Shown piece by piece: positions 1 to 12,860 of a stretch of DNA of 64,000 bases. The position numbers and the translations under genes are program-made. Below the pieces are notes generated by a model. It had not been told where the DNA came from, did not search any database, and saw nothing but the letters and a program-made list of their open reading frames with translations. The stretch's first letter is position 1. Each line of letters starts with the position of its first letter. This stretch comes from Octopus vulgaris (lineage: Eukaryota): the NCBI GenBank assembly GCA_951406725.2, contig OX597821.1, forward strand, positions 40,734,001 through 40,798,000, read 5' to 3'.

Positions 1-38
<38 letters not shown>

Positions 39-100
39 TATGTGCATACACGTATATATGCATATATGTGTGAGTATGTGTATGTATCTATGTAGATCTG

Positions 101-133
<33 letters not shown>

Positions 134-245
134 ACACATATGTATATATATACAGATAGATAGATATATGTATACATATGTATATATATGTATGTATATA
201 TATATCTATATCTACCTATCTATCTATCTATCTACTATCTATCTA

Positions 246-337
<92 letters not shown>

Positions 338-455
338 CATACATACATACATTTACATATATATGTATATATATGTATATATGTGTGTGTGAATATATAT
401 ATAAATATATATATATCAATGTGTGTGTATGTGTGTGCACATGTGTGTGTGTGTA
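1..455. repeat. Compound (TA)n/(TATG)n/(TATC)n/(TG)n microsatellite
   Basis: Direct inspection; explains the YIYI ORFs at 108-651. Confidence 0.97.
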
Positions 456-1329
456 TTTGCATTGTTATATTTCCATTTTCATTACTTTTATTTTTTCATT
501 CTGTTTTGTTCTCAACTTTTTTTTTTCCATTTGCCACTATGGTTTGCACTGGAGAAATTTCGAATCTCACACAAAATACTTGATTTTTTTTTTTACCTCT
601 TTTCCCCAAAAGAATAGTCCATGTTCTGTTTATTATATTTCTTTACAATAAATATATTTACATATTCCGTGTGGAGGATATCACTTTCAATTGATTTTGA
701 TTGTCCAGCTTAGTAGGATGTCTTGCATTAAGATTTTTGATGTACAGAGACTGGTTCACAGAATACTAACCACAAAAGTATTCACGTCTGATTCCAAGTG
801 GAAACTATGCTAGAATAAAGATAATCTCCTGCTAAGCTATGTCTGGAAGTCTGTTTTCAGTTCCTGATTGTACCAATAACACTCCAGGCTGTTGTCATTC
901 TACTAGGATGTACATAATTATTAAAACACTCATTTTGCTAAAACTGTGATTTCAATATGGCCAGTCAACGTAATTGAAATAACTAAATGGGCAAAGAATT
1001 AAACTCATCAATCATTGATCATGAGTTCAAATCTTCTGTATGAATCTTATTAGGTTTATGGTCAGTCACGAAACAGCAGTCTACATTGCCATAGTTATCA
1101 ATTGTTGCTCTTTAAATCTGATTCCCCACTCATTTGGTAACTTCAGAAACATGTTCAAGGCATGAGTGCTTCACCATTTTCATTATGTAACACAGACAAC
1201 AAGAAGGCAAAAATCATTGGCACTTCAGACAAAATTCCACTAAGCATCTTTACATTTTGAGTTCAAATTTCACTGAAGTTGACTCTACTTTTCATCCTTT
1301 TGGATGCTAATGGCACCGTTGTTACAACT

Positions 1330-1545
1330 TTGGCAGTGAGTTTGCAGAATCACTAGCAATGCCAGACAAAATACTTGACAGCATGCCATCTTTCATTACT
1401 TTCTGGGGTCATCTTTCACTGAAGTCAACTTCATCTTTCATCCTTTTGGGGTCAATAAAATAAGTACCAGTTGAACATTGGGGTTGATGTAATCAACTAG
1501 TCATCCCTCCCCCAAAATTTAAGGCCTTGTGCCTAAAGAAAAAAA
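1330..1545 (+). mobile_element. SINE family A (central TTTCATCCTTTxGGGGTCRATAAA..AGTACCAG domain), decayed
   Basis: Shares core with copies at 2900-3100, 14173, 18851, 27015, 51521, 54590 and 62830; a truncated copy precedes it at ~1200-1305. Confidence 0.8.
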
Positions 1546-1737
1546 AAGGACTATTTAAAATGGTAGCATGGGATCTGAGGGAGATATGGCTGCTATTTTT
1601 AATAGATTGAGGGAACAGACCACATTGCAAATGGATTAGGAACTCTCCATTAGCAAAGGAAATTTCAACTGTGTTCAAATGTGAAATTGTTTGATGATAA
1701 TATTTCTAAAAATCTCATACACACGAAAAAACCTCAT

Positions 1738-1969
1738 TTAACAGTTTAGCATTTAAATAGGCCATATCAAACTCCAATATGCTGCATGTTTTATGTTCAA
1801 ATTGACCAAATCCAACCTCTCCCACCTATCCAACAAGGCCATTCTAAAAATGAAATAAAGAATCACATCATTGAAATCTTGAAGTTTTGAGATGACGCCT
1901 GAAGAATTTAAAAGAGCAAGAATAAATAAACATTAGATTTGACAGAGGAATCTGAACAGTAAAGGGTGA
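1738..1969. mobile_element. Non-autonomous DNA element/MITE with TTAAC-x-TTTAGCATT ends (piggyBac-like termini)
   Basis: Begins ttaacagtttagcatt and ends ...aaagggtga; an inverted related copy starts ttaactctttagcatt at 56170. Confidence 0.55.
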
Positions 1970-2899
1970 GACCTTAACCATGGCACCCTATTCAAAGGGA
2001 CATAACCAACATCTAGACCAAAACCCCATAGACAATTCAAACCAATTTCATTATTTCACTTTGGTATGTCAGTCTTCCTTTTATTATGAAAATATTGTTT
2101 TCCTCTTTTAAACATCATCTCCTGTTTTGTCTTCAACTGCAAAACTTTTATGATCATCAACTGATTTTAAATTATCAATGAGATACATTCGATCAAATTC
2201 TGACCCATCTTCACCAGAATATTCTAATTTCTGCTGTTCTTGTACAATTGTGAATATTGTAAACTTTCACCATTTCTCTCCAGACATGCTGCTCAATGAT
2301 TTGTATTGGTTTTCCATTTTGGAATTGGAACTAGCCTATCAGACTGTTTCATGACCAATATCCATTCTGCTATTTAGTAACCAGTGTATATAACACTCCC
2401 TTATTGCATAATTTTCCCTCCAGTGACAAACATAAATATACCCAGAATGCTTATCAAACTGTAAAATTGAAATTATTTCCACATAATTTGGTATTACCAC
2501 TCTCACCCAAAGCTAATAAATTTGTACTGGTATGTTTTAATAAGGACTTGATAAAACTCCAACTCTTACACAAAGATTATTACAAAGGGAGCATATTAAA
2601 ATTATTTTAAGGAATTTTAATAAAATAAACTTACCAAAACTACTCTAGGCTTATAAATGTTTAGGATTTTCTAAAACAACAACACCAACAACAACAAAAT
2701 GCTTGTTGAATTTTTCATAAACTTTATTAAAACAAAACAAATTAAAAAAATTTTTTTTCAAAATTCAATAAGATTTCCTTTGATAAAATTACTTGAAATG
2801 TTTTAATATTTTTATTGTTAAATAAAATTTTGTGCAAGGGTGGGAGGGTGCCATGTAAGTGATTGGTAGTCTCTCCTGTTTTAATCTAATACAAGTAGA

Positions 2900-3100
2900 A
2901 GGCAATGATCTAGCAGAACCATTTCCATGCTAGGCAAAACACTCAGTGGCATTGCATCCTTCTTTGTGTTCTGACTTCAAATTCTGCCATGGTTGACTTT
3001 GCCTTTCATTCTCTGAGAACCTATACGATAAGTACCAGTTGATTGCTGGGGGTCAATGTAATTAACTTAGCCCCTCCCTGAAATTACTGGCCTTGTTCTA
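2900..3100 (+). mobile_element. SINE family A copy
   Basis: ttcaaattctgccatggttgactttgcctttcat...agtaccagttg core. Confidence 0.8.
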
Positions 3101-3204
3101 ATATAATACAAGCAAGATTGCATTCTTCAGAGTAGCAGATTTATTTTAGAGCTTATTCCCTTTTTTGAACTATTTTGTTCAGGTTATTGTTCCATTAAAT
3201 AAAA

Positions 3205-3738
3205 CATTACTGAATGGGGCCCGGGAGATTTCTTATTTTCAAGCTAGAACATCCTATATTAGTTAGTAGGAATGTTATCTTGAGGTTTGGTGACAACAAG
3301 TCTCCTCAAATTTCAAGAATCTTTCTTAGGACTCTTACAGAATATGAGATGGTACTTTTCTGCAGGTCAACAATGTGAGCTTCAATTCTAATATTTTCTG
3401 GTCTTTTAGGTAGCATTTTGGATGTTGAGTCAAGTGCACCAAATACTACAGGAATAATTATTGTCTTACTTTTCCACACTCCTTTCAGTTCTTTGGCTAG
3501 ATCCAGATATTTCTCAACTTTTCAATTTCTTTGGTGTCATCTTTATTATTGCAGGTAATTACAAAATCTATGATCTTACACTGTTTATTTTGTCCTCAAT
3601 AATCACATCTGCTCTTCTTGATTCAATAATATAATCAATTTTTATGGGGAAGTCCCACAAGAGTCTGTATTTCACATTTTCTACAATGGCCTCTGGTTTA
3701 TGTTCATACCGCTTTTCTGTTGTTTTGAAGCCACACAG
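3205..3738 (-). mobile_element. 3' fragment of an RLE-type (R4/Dong-like) non-LTR retrotransposon
   Basis: Minus-strand translation with frameshifts: YEHKPEAIVENVKYRLLWDF..RRADVI..KIIDF..EKYLDLAKEL..IIPVVFGAL..DLQKS..VLRKILEI*, a restriction-like endonuclease C-terminus. Confidence 0.85.
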
Positions 3739-3859
3739 TAAAAATTACTGGAAATGGTAAAATTAAAACCTATTCATTTACAAAGTCTGTTGAAAAACTG
3801 TCCAGAAGCTTAATGAGAGAATTTTCCTGTGTAGCACAGTTTAAGTAGGTTTATATAAT

Positions 3860-5830
3860 ATTTATATAAAACTGCTCAGAGTAACATATCAATAGCTTTT
3901 TGTTTCTATTTTCTGTTTTTGACTTTTATCTATTCTTTTTAAACTTCATCTAGACAAACAGAACTTTTATTCGACTGATAGCTTTTGATTCTCCTAAGCA
4001 TATCCATATAACATTCGCCTAAACAGTTTTGGCTTTTACCTTAACACTGAGTCAACAATTAGACTAAAACCTTCTCCATAGTCAACACTAGATGCACACA
4101 GACTTCTTTCAATATCCATCAACTTAGCAAAGATACAAAACTGTTCATTTTGAAATACAAATTCCACAGTTTTGTGTTTAATTTATTTTTTACATGGAAA
4201 AGTTTGATTCATTAAGCCACCTGTTATGGTATCTTCAGCAGAAAAAAAAAGCCAAAGTTTGCAATAGTGAAGGAATGGAAAGCTGGCCATTCTTGTTTCT
4301 CATCTTCAAGACATCTTTCTTCCAAAACTGCACGCAGACGATCTCTAAAAGTCAGCAGTGACATTATTTTATTAAGTTCACTTCATAATTTTGATTTAGT
4401 AAAACTTTTGCCTTTGTCTCACAAAACAAGGAACTTTTGTCAGGAATACTCTTTTTGCAGAATCCAACAGTGTAGTTAGTTCTTCAAACGAACATTACTT
4501 AAAACCTGAAAAGTTATTCCACATGTGACATTTATCAATTTGTTGTGTGAGTGTTTAGCAACAGGTTCATTTTACATAGCTTCTTGAAAGCAAGTGATTA
4601 GAGCCTCATAATCTTTTTTATTGTTACCTGAAATACATGCATTCTATCTAGATAACCATCTGACTTCATTAAATGGTTTGAAAGCAAGAGTTTCATTTAC
4701 AGTAGCCTCTACAATGTCTGTAACTAGACATTCTTTACTTTCACTTCAAGGAAACACATAATAGATCAATCTCATTAAAGTTTCAAAGTCTCTTATTAAC
4801 TTGACTTCTATCCATGCAACACAAATCCACAGATCTTCAGTGGGATATACACATGATTAACATGTAAAATATCCTGTTTCAGTATTATTGTGGCAACATT
4901 GATTCTGCCCAACATTAGTAATGCACCATCAGATGTAAACATCACTCGTTTATGAAGAACAAGTTTCTTCTCTTTGTAAAACAACTTGATTGCTAAAGTA
5001 GAAGTGAATGTCTGCAGCTGAAGTATTTTGAACAAAAAGAATAATACAATTTTTAAATGTGACTTTTGAAGTAGAGATGGAGATGTCTATTGACAGACAT
5101 GTCTGTGGTTTCATCAACAGTTAATTTGTGAAAAATCTGTTGAAGTTATTTCTTCAATCATGTCTTTCAGAACAATATGCTTGATAATCTACAGAAATAA
5201 TTCAAACACTAAATTTTTGCTTTGCCAGCTATCTGGGAATTCTACCATATGTTGATTAAAGAGTTGAACTGATACAGAAATGTTATTTGTTTCAATGACT
5301 ACCAACACATTGTTGGTAAGAATTTTTATGTCTTCCACTTCTGACCGTTCTCATTCTCATTGATCTGCACTTTCATGCAACCTACGTAGCACTCCTGTAT
5401 CAGGGAATGATGAGTTCTTTTACCTCAGCTTCTCAACACTATCCAAATGCGATAAATTTGCCAAATGAAAACTTTTTAAAAAAACAGTAAAATTTCCAGA
5501 TTTCATCTCACCCCTTTCCTCCATAAAATTCTTTAACAACTTTTACATTCTGATTATGTAAGCCAATAACTTCAGATCAGGAATCAGACACAAATATTTC
5601 TTGCAGCTGAACGTTCATGATTTCAAGAGTATTTGGTGCAGCACTTTTTGCTATTTTGTTAAGTTATTCAACTTTAAAGAAACTTGCAGTTCTTTTGTAA
5701 TTTTCACTTCTTTTGTTTCTGATACACTGATCTTTTTGTTTGCTTATTAATAAAATCTCGGAAAGTCATTTACAGAATTTGAAACAGATATTTTCAATCT
5801 TTATGATACAGATCCAGTGAACTAAACATG
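3860..5830 (-). pseudogene. Decayed hAT-superfamily transposase (ZNF862/KIAA1586-like)
   Basis: Ordered motifs on the minus strand: TVDETTDMS (~5110), MFTSDGALLMLG (ORF 4808-5035), FKPFNEVRWLSR (~4660) and dimerisation-domain LCASSVDYGEGFS (~4080); many stops and frameshifts. Confidence 0.85.
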
Positions 5831-6235
5831 GTTTGGCCAGGCTGCTAGCTGGAACAAGAAAGGTAACATGGTGTAAATTAATAATGTGAAAATGTGGTCA
5901 TTGAAAAACTGATTAACTGATTAATAGAAACACTCAGTTAAGAGGTTATTTTCAATAAAATATAATCATTAATTCCCACAATATTTTAGAGTGCTTACCT
6001 TTTCTTTACACATTAATGTCTTGTCATTAGTAAAACATGAATGTGTATTCACATGGGTAAAGTTTGGAAGGAACAGTGCCCATCACAATGTAGATGTACA
6101 GAGCTCATTATAACTCAGATTTTCTTAAGCCTTATGTTCAATTATGTCCTCACCGATAATCTTTTTGATATACAGTAATAAATGTTATTTCTAATCTTAT
6201 ATGCACCTAGACATATGACTTCATGCAACATTCCC

Positions 6236-6469
6236 CTATCAAGCAATGTGGGGGGAGACAAACACAGACACAGAAACATATACACACACACATACATATC
6301 TATATACATATATATGATGGACTTCTTTCAGTTTCCGTCTACCAGATCCACTCACAAGTCTTTGGTCAGCTCGAGGCTTTAGTAGAAGACACTTGTCCAA
6401 GGTGCCTAGCAGTGGGAATGAACCTGGAACCATGTGGTTGGTAAGCAATCTACTTACCACACAGCCACT

Positions 6470-6473
<4 letters not shown>
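6236..6473 (-). mobile_element. tRNA-derived CORE-like SINE family B, 3'-truncated
   Basis: Head GGAGTGGCTGTGTGGTAAG..GGTTCA and CORE-like CCTTGGxCAAGTGTCTT; matches the full copy at 15714. Confidence 0.9.
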
Positions 6474-6501
<28 letters not shown>

Positions 6502-6504
<3 letters not shown>

Positions 6505-6709
6505 GGTGCATACATTTTTTGCTAACTCTGTATAATCCTTGTTTCAGAAAATAATAATGGTAGACCCTCAGCTTACTCAAGAAATGAAGAGGCATGGTGT
6601 TATTGTAGTTATAAAGGCTGAGCATAGTGATTTAGAAATATCCTGAGTTTTAAAAGTTGCCAGATCTTTCATCTGCAAAGTTTGTAAGGAGCTAGAGACT
6701 GCAGATGGA

Positions 6710-6710
<1 letters not shown>
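6502..6710 (+). mobile_element. 5' end (left TIR plus N-terminal HTH) of a Tc1/mariner maT-type transposon
   Basis: TA|CAGGGTGCATA terminus, then [45 protein letters not shown]; the last 26 bp match the start of the fragment at 61497. Confidence 0.8.
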
Positions 6711-6761
<51 letters not shown>

Positions 6762-6783
6762 TATATATATTATCTATCTCTCT

Positions 6784-6827
<44 letters not shown>

Positions 6828-6837
6828 AGAGAGAGAG

Positions 6838-6883
<46 letters not shown>

Positions 6884-6884
6884 G

Positions 6885-7145
6885 TAGGTTTAAGAGAAAG
6901 AATCACCCTCAAGCAACTCAATCCTCATTGAACGACAGTATCCATGATAGGTACATATCGGACTAAATATTACAATCATCAAAATTAATACCTTCAATTC
7001 TTATTCCAAATCATATACTTTATATTATCTAGACCCTAATATTAATTTTGATGATTTTAATATTTAGTCCTATATGTACCTATCATGGATAATGTCGTTC
7101 AATGATGATTGAAATGCTTGAGGGTGATTCTGTCTCTGAAACCTA
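6885..7145. repeat. Long inverted repeat (~106-bp arms, 49-bp spacer) extended by (GATA)n/(TATC)n flanks
   Basis: Arm 6885-6990 is the reverse complement of 7040-7145, with about 8 mismatches by eye. Confidence 0.95.
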
Positions 7146-7178
7146 TGTATCTATCTATCTATCTATCTATCTATCTAC

Positions 7179-7227
<49 letters not shown>

Positions 7228-7228
<1 letters not shown>

Positions 7229-7950
7229 CACGTGTGGGACGAGTCGGTTTATCAGCTGAGTCTATCGTCAATATTGTCATACCTCCTTCCTCCAAACGGG
7301 AAGGTAGAGCTATTTTCATCATCCTTGTGGCTATGGCAAAAGAATGTATCTGGTGGACGCGTCTGAAAGGATTGGAGACAAACACTTTCCTCTCTGGTCA
7401 ATCTCTCATCAACTTCTTCAAGTACCACTTGAAAAGGAAAGTGAGAGTAGAGAGGCAAGTTTTGTCTAGCGAATGTTTTAAAAAAAGATGGGTGAATGTA
7501 GCAAGGATGGCACGTATGAATGACGAAGCCACCTTGAGCATAATCCTATGAACCCAGAAATTGAAAACAGAGGGTTACCCACTTGCAAACAAATGTGGTA
7601 ACATATAACAATATTGACCGAGGTTACCGTGGTCTTTTTCGTAGGCTTTTCTTCCCACGGATAAACCTTATCTGCTTCCCCCTTTACACCGTACATCATG
7701 ACACTGTGATACATGATCCATATTGATGGGTTTTTTTTCCTCTTCCACTTTTTTCATCTTTTTTCTTCTTTTTTTCTTTTTTCTTTTCTTTTGTTTCTTT
7801 TCCTTTTGTTTCTTTTTTTCCTTTTCCCCTTTTACGATCCCTTTTGATCGAAAACCTACCCCCCCTTTTTTTTCATCCCCCAAAAGAAAAGCTCTACCTT
7901 GTAATTTGTCCCATCTGTGTGTGGGCAGCCCTGTGTGGCTAATAAAGAAA
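7228..7950 (+). mobile_element. 5'-truncated Tx1/L1-like LINE (ORF2 C-terminus plus 3'UTR)
   Basis: ORF end ..VAMAKECIWWTRLKG..NFFKYHLKRKVRVERQVLSSECFKKRWVNVA.. fits a Tx1-type ORF2 tail; T-rich UTR ends GGCTAATAAAGAAAC; second copy at 24908. Confidence 0.75.
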
Positions 7951-7954
7951 CTTA

Positions 7955-8028
<74 letters not shown>

Positions 8029-8409
8029 TAGATATATAGATGTATATACATACATACATATATATATACATATATATAATATAGTGGGAAATTCGTTATA
8101 GTACCACTAAATTGAACTTCTCTCCTCTGTGGACGACTCGGAAATAACTTCCCTAATATTAATATTTATATATATATATACATACACACAGAATAGACTT
8201 CTTTCAGTTTCCATGAATCAAATCCACTTTTTTTTTCTGATATTTATATTCTTTATAGTGATATGTAATGGTCTTCTGCAGAATTCCACTTACAAGGTAT
8301 TAATCAATCCAGTTCTATGGTTGGCACAAATTCCAGTGCTAACCAAGTTAATTAGTTGACAGCAGATCTCTACTTTCATTTCTGATTGCTTGCAAGAATA
8401 GAACCAGAG

Positions 8410-8600
8410 AGGGCATAGGGTGGCTCAATGATTAAGGAGTCCGTTTCACAACTACAATGTTCCAGTTCAATCCCACTGCATAACTTCTTGGGCAAATGTT
8501 ATTTTCTACAGCCTCAGGTTGAATTCTGCCTTGTGAGTGAAATAAGGTTTAAGGAAACTGTACAGAAGCTTGTCAGATGGATTGTATCTGCAATTCAAAA
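8410..8600 (+). mobile_element. Decayed tRNA-derived CORE-like SINE
   Basis: tggctcaatgattaag..cagttcaatccc..ttgggcaaatgtt..ccttgtgagtg..ggaaactg; similar decayed copies at ~33340-33520 and 50320-50470. Confidence 0.65.
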
Positions 8601-8674
8601 GATAAATCTTTGTCACATATTGAGTTTTATACTGGTTTTGCCTGAGAATTCTATTAAGGGTACAATAGTTCTCA

Positions 8675-9080
8675 GTCCTTAGATCAGCCAGCATGGTCAG
8701 CAGAATGAGCAACGAGCTTTTGCCAGACACCCCAGTTACTTACCTTCCACCTGGCTCCTCTTAGGCCAATTCCAAATGCTATCATGGTGATCCAAAATAT
8801 CCTGTGCCATGTCTTCCTTGGTCGTCCATCCACTCTTTCTTCCTCCTTCCGGTGTCTACTCCATCATGATGGTATCAAGTCCCTCCTGAAGGAATCAAAG
8901 AACATGGCCAGTTAACTATATCCTCAGATTAGTCACCATGTCCTGCAAACTTTTCATGCCTGCTCCTCTCCTAACCTCTTTGTTCTGTAAGACGTTGTTC
9001 TGTAAGTTTCTGACTTTGTTCTGAATATAGGCAACATGTGCAGCAACTGATCTGAAGCACTGCATCATACTAATGAAGGC
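8675..9080 (-). mobile_element. Old RTE-clade LINE 3' coding fragment
   Basis: Minus strand: NKEVRRGAG..TGHVL..TPEGG..GRPRKTW, the typical RTE ORF C-terminus. Confidence 0.75.
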
Positions 9081-10885
9081 TACATGTGTCTGTGGAATAC
9101 ACAGCCACTTTTACAGTATTTCAGTGAGTTGATTAAACAACTGAACCATCATCACCAAAATTAACAAAGAACTCTCCCAAACAGAAGTGGAGAGTTCCTT
9201 ATTTAACAACTGTTAGTTATTACTTTACTTTTAGCCTTCATGTAAACATCTTCCAGAAATTTCTTCATTTCCTTAGTTTATTTCAACCATCAGAGCTAAG
9301 GTCAGAAAGGATGTATTTATAAGCAGCAATATGACTTCTAATACGATATTTTCTGGAGAACTCTGTACCCTCTCTCAAATATTCAGAAATACATAATGCA
9401 TGTGCATAGCAATATTCTATTGGAATTTATTTTTATAAATATATATCGACTCATATTACAACAACAACTATACCAACAATAACAGCTACAACAACAACCA
9501 CAACAATAAGTAACAGCTAAAATAAATTTATACAAAATAATCTGGTGTTCTATCTTTAATTCCGAACTCATGAGTAACATAGAATTCTATTAGGCACAGA
9601 CCAAACTTGTCTTCAGATAAAGGATATATGAGAGAATAAGATAAGAGTTTTGATAGAAGCAACAAGACAAATTTCTCTTGCTTTCAAACTAGAAATGGAG
9701 AATCGTGAATAAAGAGTTAATCCAATCCAGTTCTAAATTAGAGATGTAGCCAAATTTCTGTGTGGTGCCTGGTAAGGTGTACAGTGTGGAAGGAATGATA
9801 AGTGATGGAGATTTGTCGTTAAAAACGCATTGAAACCTCAGATGATTTCAATGCATCTGCTAAAGATAATTACAGCTTTATCAGCCAAAATAAGCATTGT
9901 GTTCTATGACCAGTTCTAAATAATTGATTAGACTCAGCCACTAAGATTTCTATTTTATCTACTGCATGGCTTCAGACATAATTCATTCTGCCTGCAAGCA
10001 TGAAATGTATTACACATGAAGCATTACTTCACTGAGTTCTGACAGTCTGTAGTGCATGCATGCACGTATGCTGTGCTGTGTGTGTATGTGTGTATGTCTG
10101 CCGATTCTCTTGGAGACTTATCATCAGTGAGAAAGCATCAGCTGAAAAAGATTACCATACATTTTCTTTGTTCATTAAATATACACTTAAATTGCTCACA
10201 TATCGCACACTAAAAGAATATTGGGTTTGTGAAGGATACTTAAATCATGGTAACTACAATCATGGTTCAGTTTGGGTTTCTGGATAGATTCAACGTGTGG
10301 CATGTGTTCTTCAGGAACGGTGAAACTGAAAAGCTAGAGTTAAACATATCAGATAGAATAGGGTCACCTGGTATACACACCTATGTAAAATACTGTTTAC
10401 CTTTATTTTTACATAATGATGTGCAAGATAATGAAAGGACTTCCATGTGGTTAATTGATTGCCAGAGATAGCAGCCAAATTTCTATCAAATCACATGCTA
10501 ACATCTTGAAAGGAGAAAGTGTTAGATGACATAGACATAAATACTCTGTGTCTCAATAAGACAGGATGGCCACAGATGGAAAGACTTTAGCAATAGATCA
10601 ATAGACCAAACCCGAATATCTGCAAATCTGCAACAAATGACGCAGGACATCATAAAACCTATCAAGATCAACTGTTATATCATTTTTATATCCAGTATTG
10701 ATGATTTTATCAATTATAAAGCTATTTCCAAAACCTTTTCTTACTTACTGCCAAATGCACAATCTACACATCATTACAACAGTTTATTTTTAAAATGAGA
10801 TTGTGAAGGTTTCAAAGTGGTAGCCTTATGGATGTAGGGACAGGGAAAAATTCAATTTAGTATTAAATCAAATTTCACAGTATAA

Positions 10886-10970
10886 ATATATAAAATATGA
10901 ATTAGAGACAAAACCACTATTATGCAACTCAAACAGTGATAGACATTAACCATAACAAATAATATGTATG

Positions 10971-11006
<36 letters not shown>

Positions 11007-11310
11007 ATCCAAACAAGAAAACACAGAAAAAAACACAGCAACGCGAGGACATGGAACAATTAAAGTATTATTTGACACTCAGGAAAGAAGGGAAGGAGGG
11101 TTTAACGTTTCGAGCGGAGCTCTTCGTCGGAAACAAAGGAGAAGGAAAGATCCCGAGAAGGGAAGACAGAGGAAAAAAATTTTTTCTCTGGTGGTGCTCA
11201 AGAGATCACATGTTAATATATATATTATTTGTTATTTATGTTTTGGTTTATGTCTATCACTGTTTGAGTTGCATAATAGTGGTTTTATCTCTAATTCATA
11301 TTTTATATAT
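10886..11310. mobile_element. Inverted-repeat-bounded composite containing a Penelope-like pLTR piece with a hammerhead-like motif
   Basis: Arms ~10886-10965 and ~11222-11310 are reverse complements (peptide VYHCLSCIIVVLSLIHILY appears on both strands in the ORF track); minus-strand CCGACGAAGAGCTCCGCTCGAAACGTT at 11104-11130. Confidence 0.7.
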
Positions 11311-11454
11311 ATATATATATAACACCTTGTGGCCTATGCCAGGAGCGTAACCAGCCCACTTATGCGTACCTTTCCTTCATTGAACACTAAACTCAGCTTG
11401 CAAAGACCTGTCGAGGCAAGTGAAATCAAAATCAAATTCGATTTCATTTGCCTC

Positions 11455-11610
11455 AAGAAATTATTTCGTGTTAAAGTTGTCGTATTTGGGTAATTTTAAC
11501 CAATGAATGACGTATTCAACTGAAGAAAGTTACTGCTTCTGTTTGCAAACAACATCTTCTGGGTCCATTGACAAAACGATAAATCTCCCCTACGAAAACC
11601 CTTCTTTAAT
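11455..11610. mobile_element. Fragment of an unclassified, probably non-autonomous DNA element
   Basis: ~100 bp is the reverse complement of 12624-12726. Confidence 0.6.
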
Positions 11611-11869
11611 AACTAGAGATATTTTTATAGCAACGAATATGAGAATGTGTCCATTTCTTTCTCTCTCTCTCTCCCCATATATATATATACACACACACAT
11701 ACACCCATTGATAATAGGCAGAAGTTACAGAGTGACAATGACCAAATTTGTGTTTGATAAGTGCCAATACACGAAACTCTCAGCTTTTGACTTATTCTCT
11801 AACTTTTGCCGATGATATATATACATACATATATGTGTAAAAAAATCTCATCATGCAATCGAACCAATG

Positions 11870-12540
11870 AGAGAGCCTCTACCTGGACGCTCGACAGCTA
11901 AAAATAGCAGCCAAAGTATCCCCCTACCTAAATCACATGCCCATTGTATGTAATGCCCTATATTATCCCTAAAAAGATGGTTTGCTGAAGGCTGGAATGT
12001 TTTTAATGATAGGTTTGCTGTATCAGGGTTGATCTGAGGCTAAATAACAGCAAAATTATTACTGAGACAGACTAACGATGGAGCCTGTATGTGGTTGCAT
12101 GACCTGCTGGAAAAAGTAGCCAAACTTTTTTATATACAGAATAGAAAAACCTCTATTCTGTGATATACACGTAGAGTCCATTATGTCTGGAAAGAAAGAT
12201 GGAATGGTCACAGTTGGGACATCTTTGATCATATCTGTTCAATCAGATCCAACTCAGGACTAAATAATAGGTGACGAAGTGAATGAGACGAGGTAACGAG
12301 AGAGCCTTTACCTGGTCGCTTGAGTTGCTAGAAAGAGCAAACAAATCTTCCTGACAAAAAGAAAAATGAAATTTCTATCTTCAAGAAAAAAAAAAAAATA
12401 AAGCAAGTTTATATTACTTTATAATGTTCGCTTAGGAATTCATTACTTCTTGAAAAGAATAAGACAAAATGGTCATGGCTGGAATGCCTTTTTTCACAGA
12501 TCCATTACAGTCAGAGCTATCCTGTGTTTAAAACAATATT
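11870..12540 (+). mobile_element. Cluster of three decayed copies of dispersed repeat family C
   Basis: Recurring gagcc..tggt.gct..gac..gcta.aaa.agcagccaaa...ggtca.ggctggaatgc.ttt...ggctaaa; further copies at ~10430-10620, 17640-17820, 32100-32270 (-) and 63235-63375. Confidence 0.65.
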
Positions 12541-12559
12541 CTTCACTGAATGGTGAAGC

Positions 12560-12860
12560 AGCGGTTTTTCTCTTCTGTATATAAAAAGTTTGGCTACTTT
12601 TTCTATTATTTTGTAAAGATAATGAGTGTTGTTTGCAAACAGCAGAAATGACTTTCTTCAGCTAAATACACGTCATTGGTTGGTTAAAATTACCCAAATA
12701 TGACAACTTTAACATGAAATAACTTCTAAAACACAAACTTTTGTCAAAAACGTTATGAATAAACCCTGTTCTACATGACACATTCAACCAGTATCCAAAG
12801 TTTCAAAGTGTTTAGTTAAAAAAAATTAATTAAAAAATCTGTGCTTCAAATGGTAAAGAT
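12560..12860. mobile_element. Second, inverted copy of the 11455 element
   Basis: Reverse-complement similarity to 11455-11560. Confidence 0.6.

Noticed and set aside
108-651. Long YI/VC/HT/LSIY/HSF-rich ORFs here and throughout the window
   Set aside because: Translations of stop-free microsatellites; no domain or splice support.
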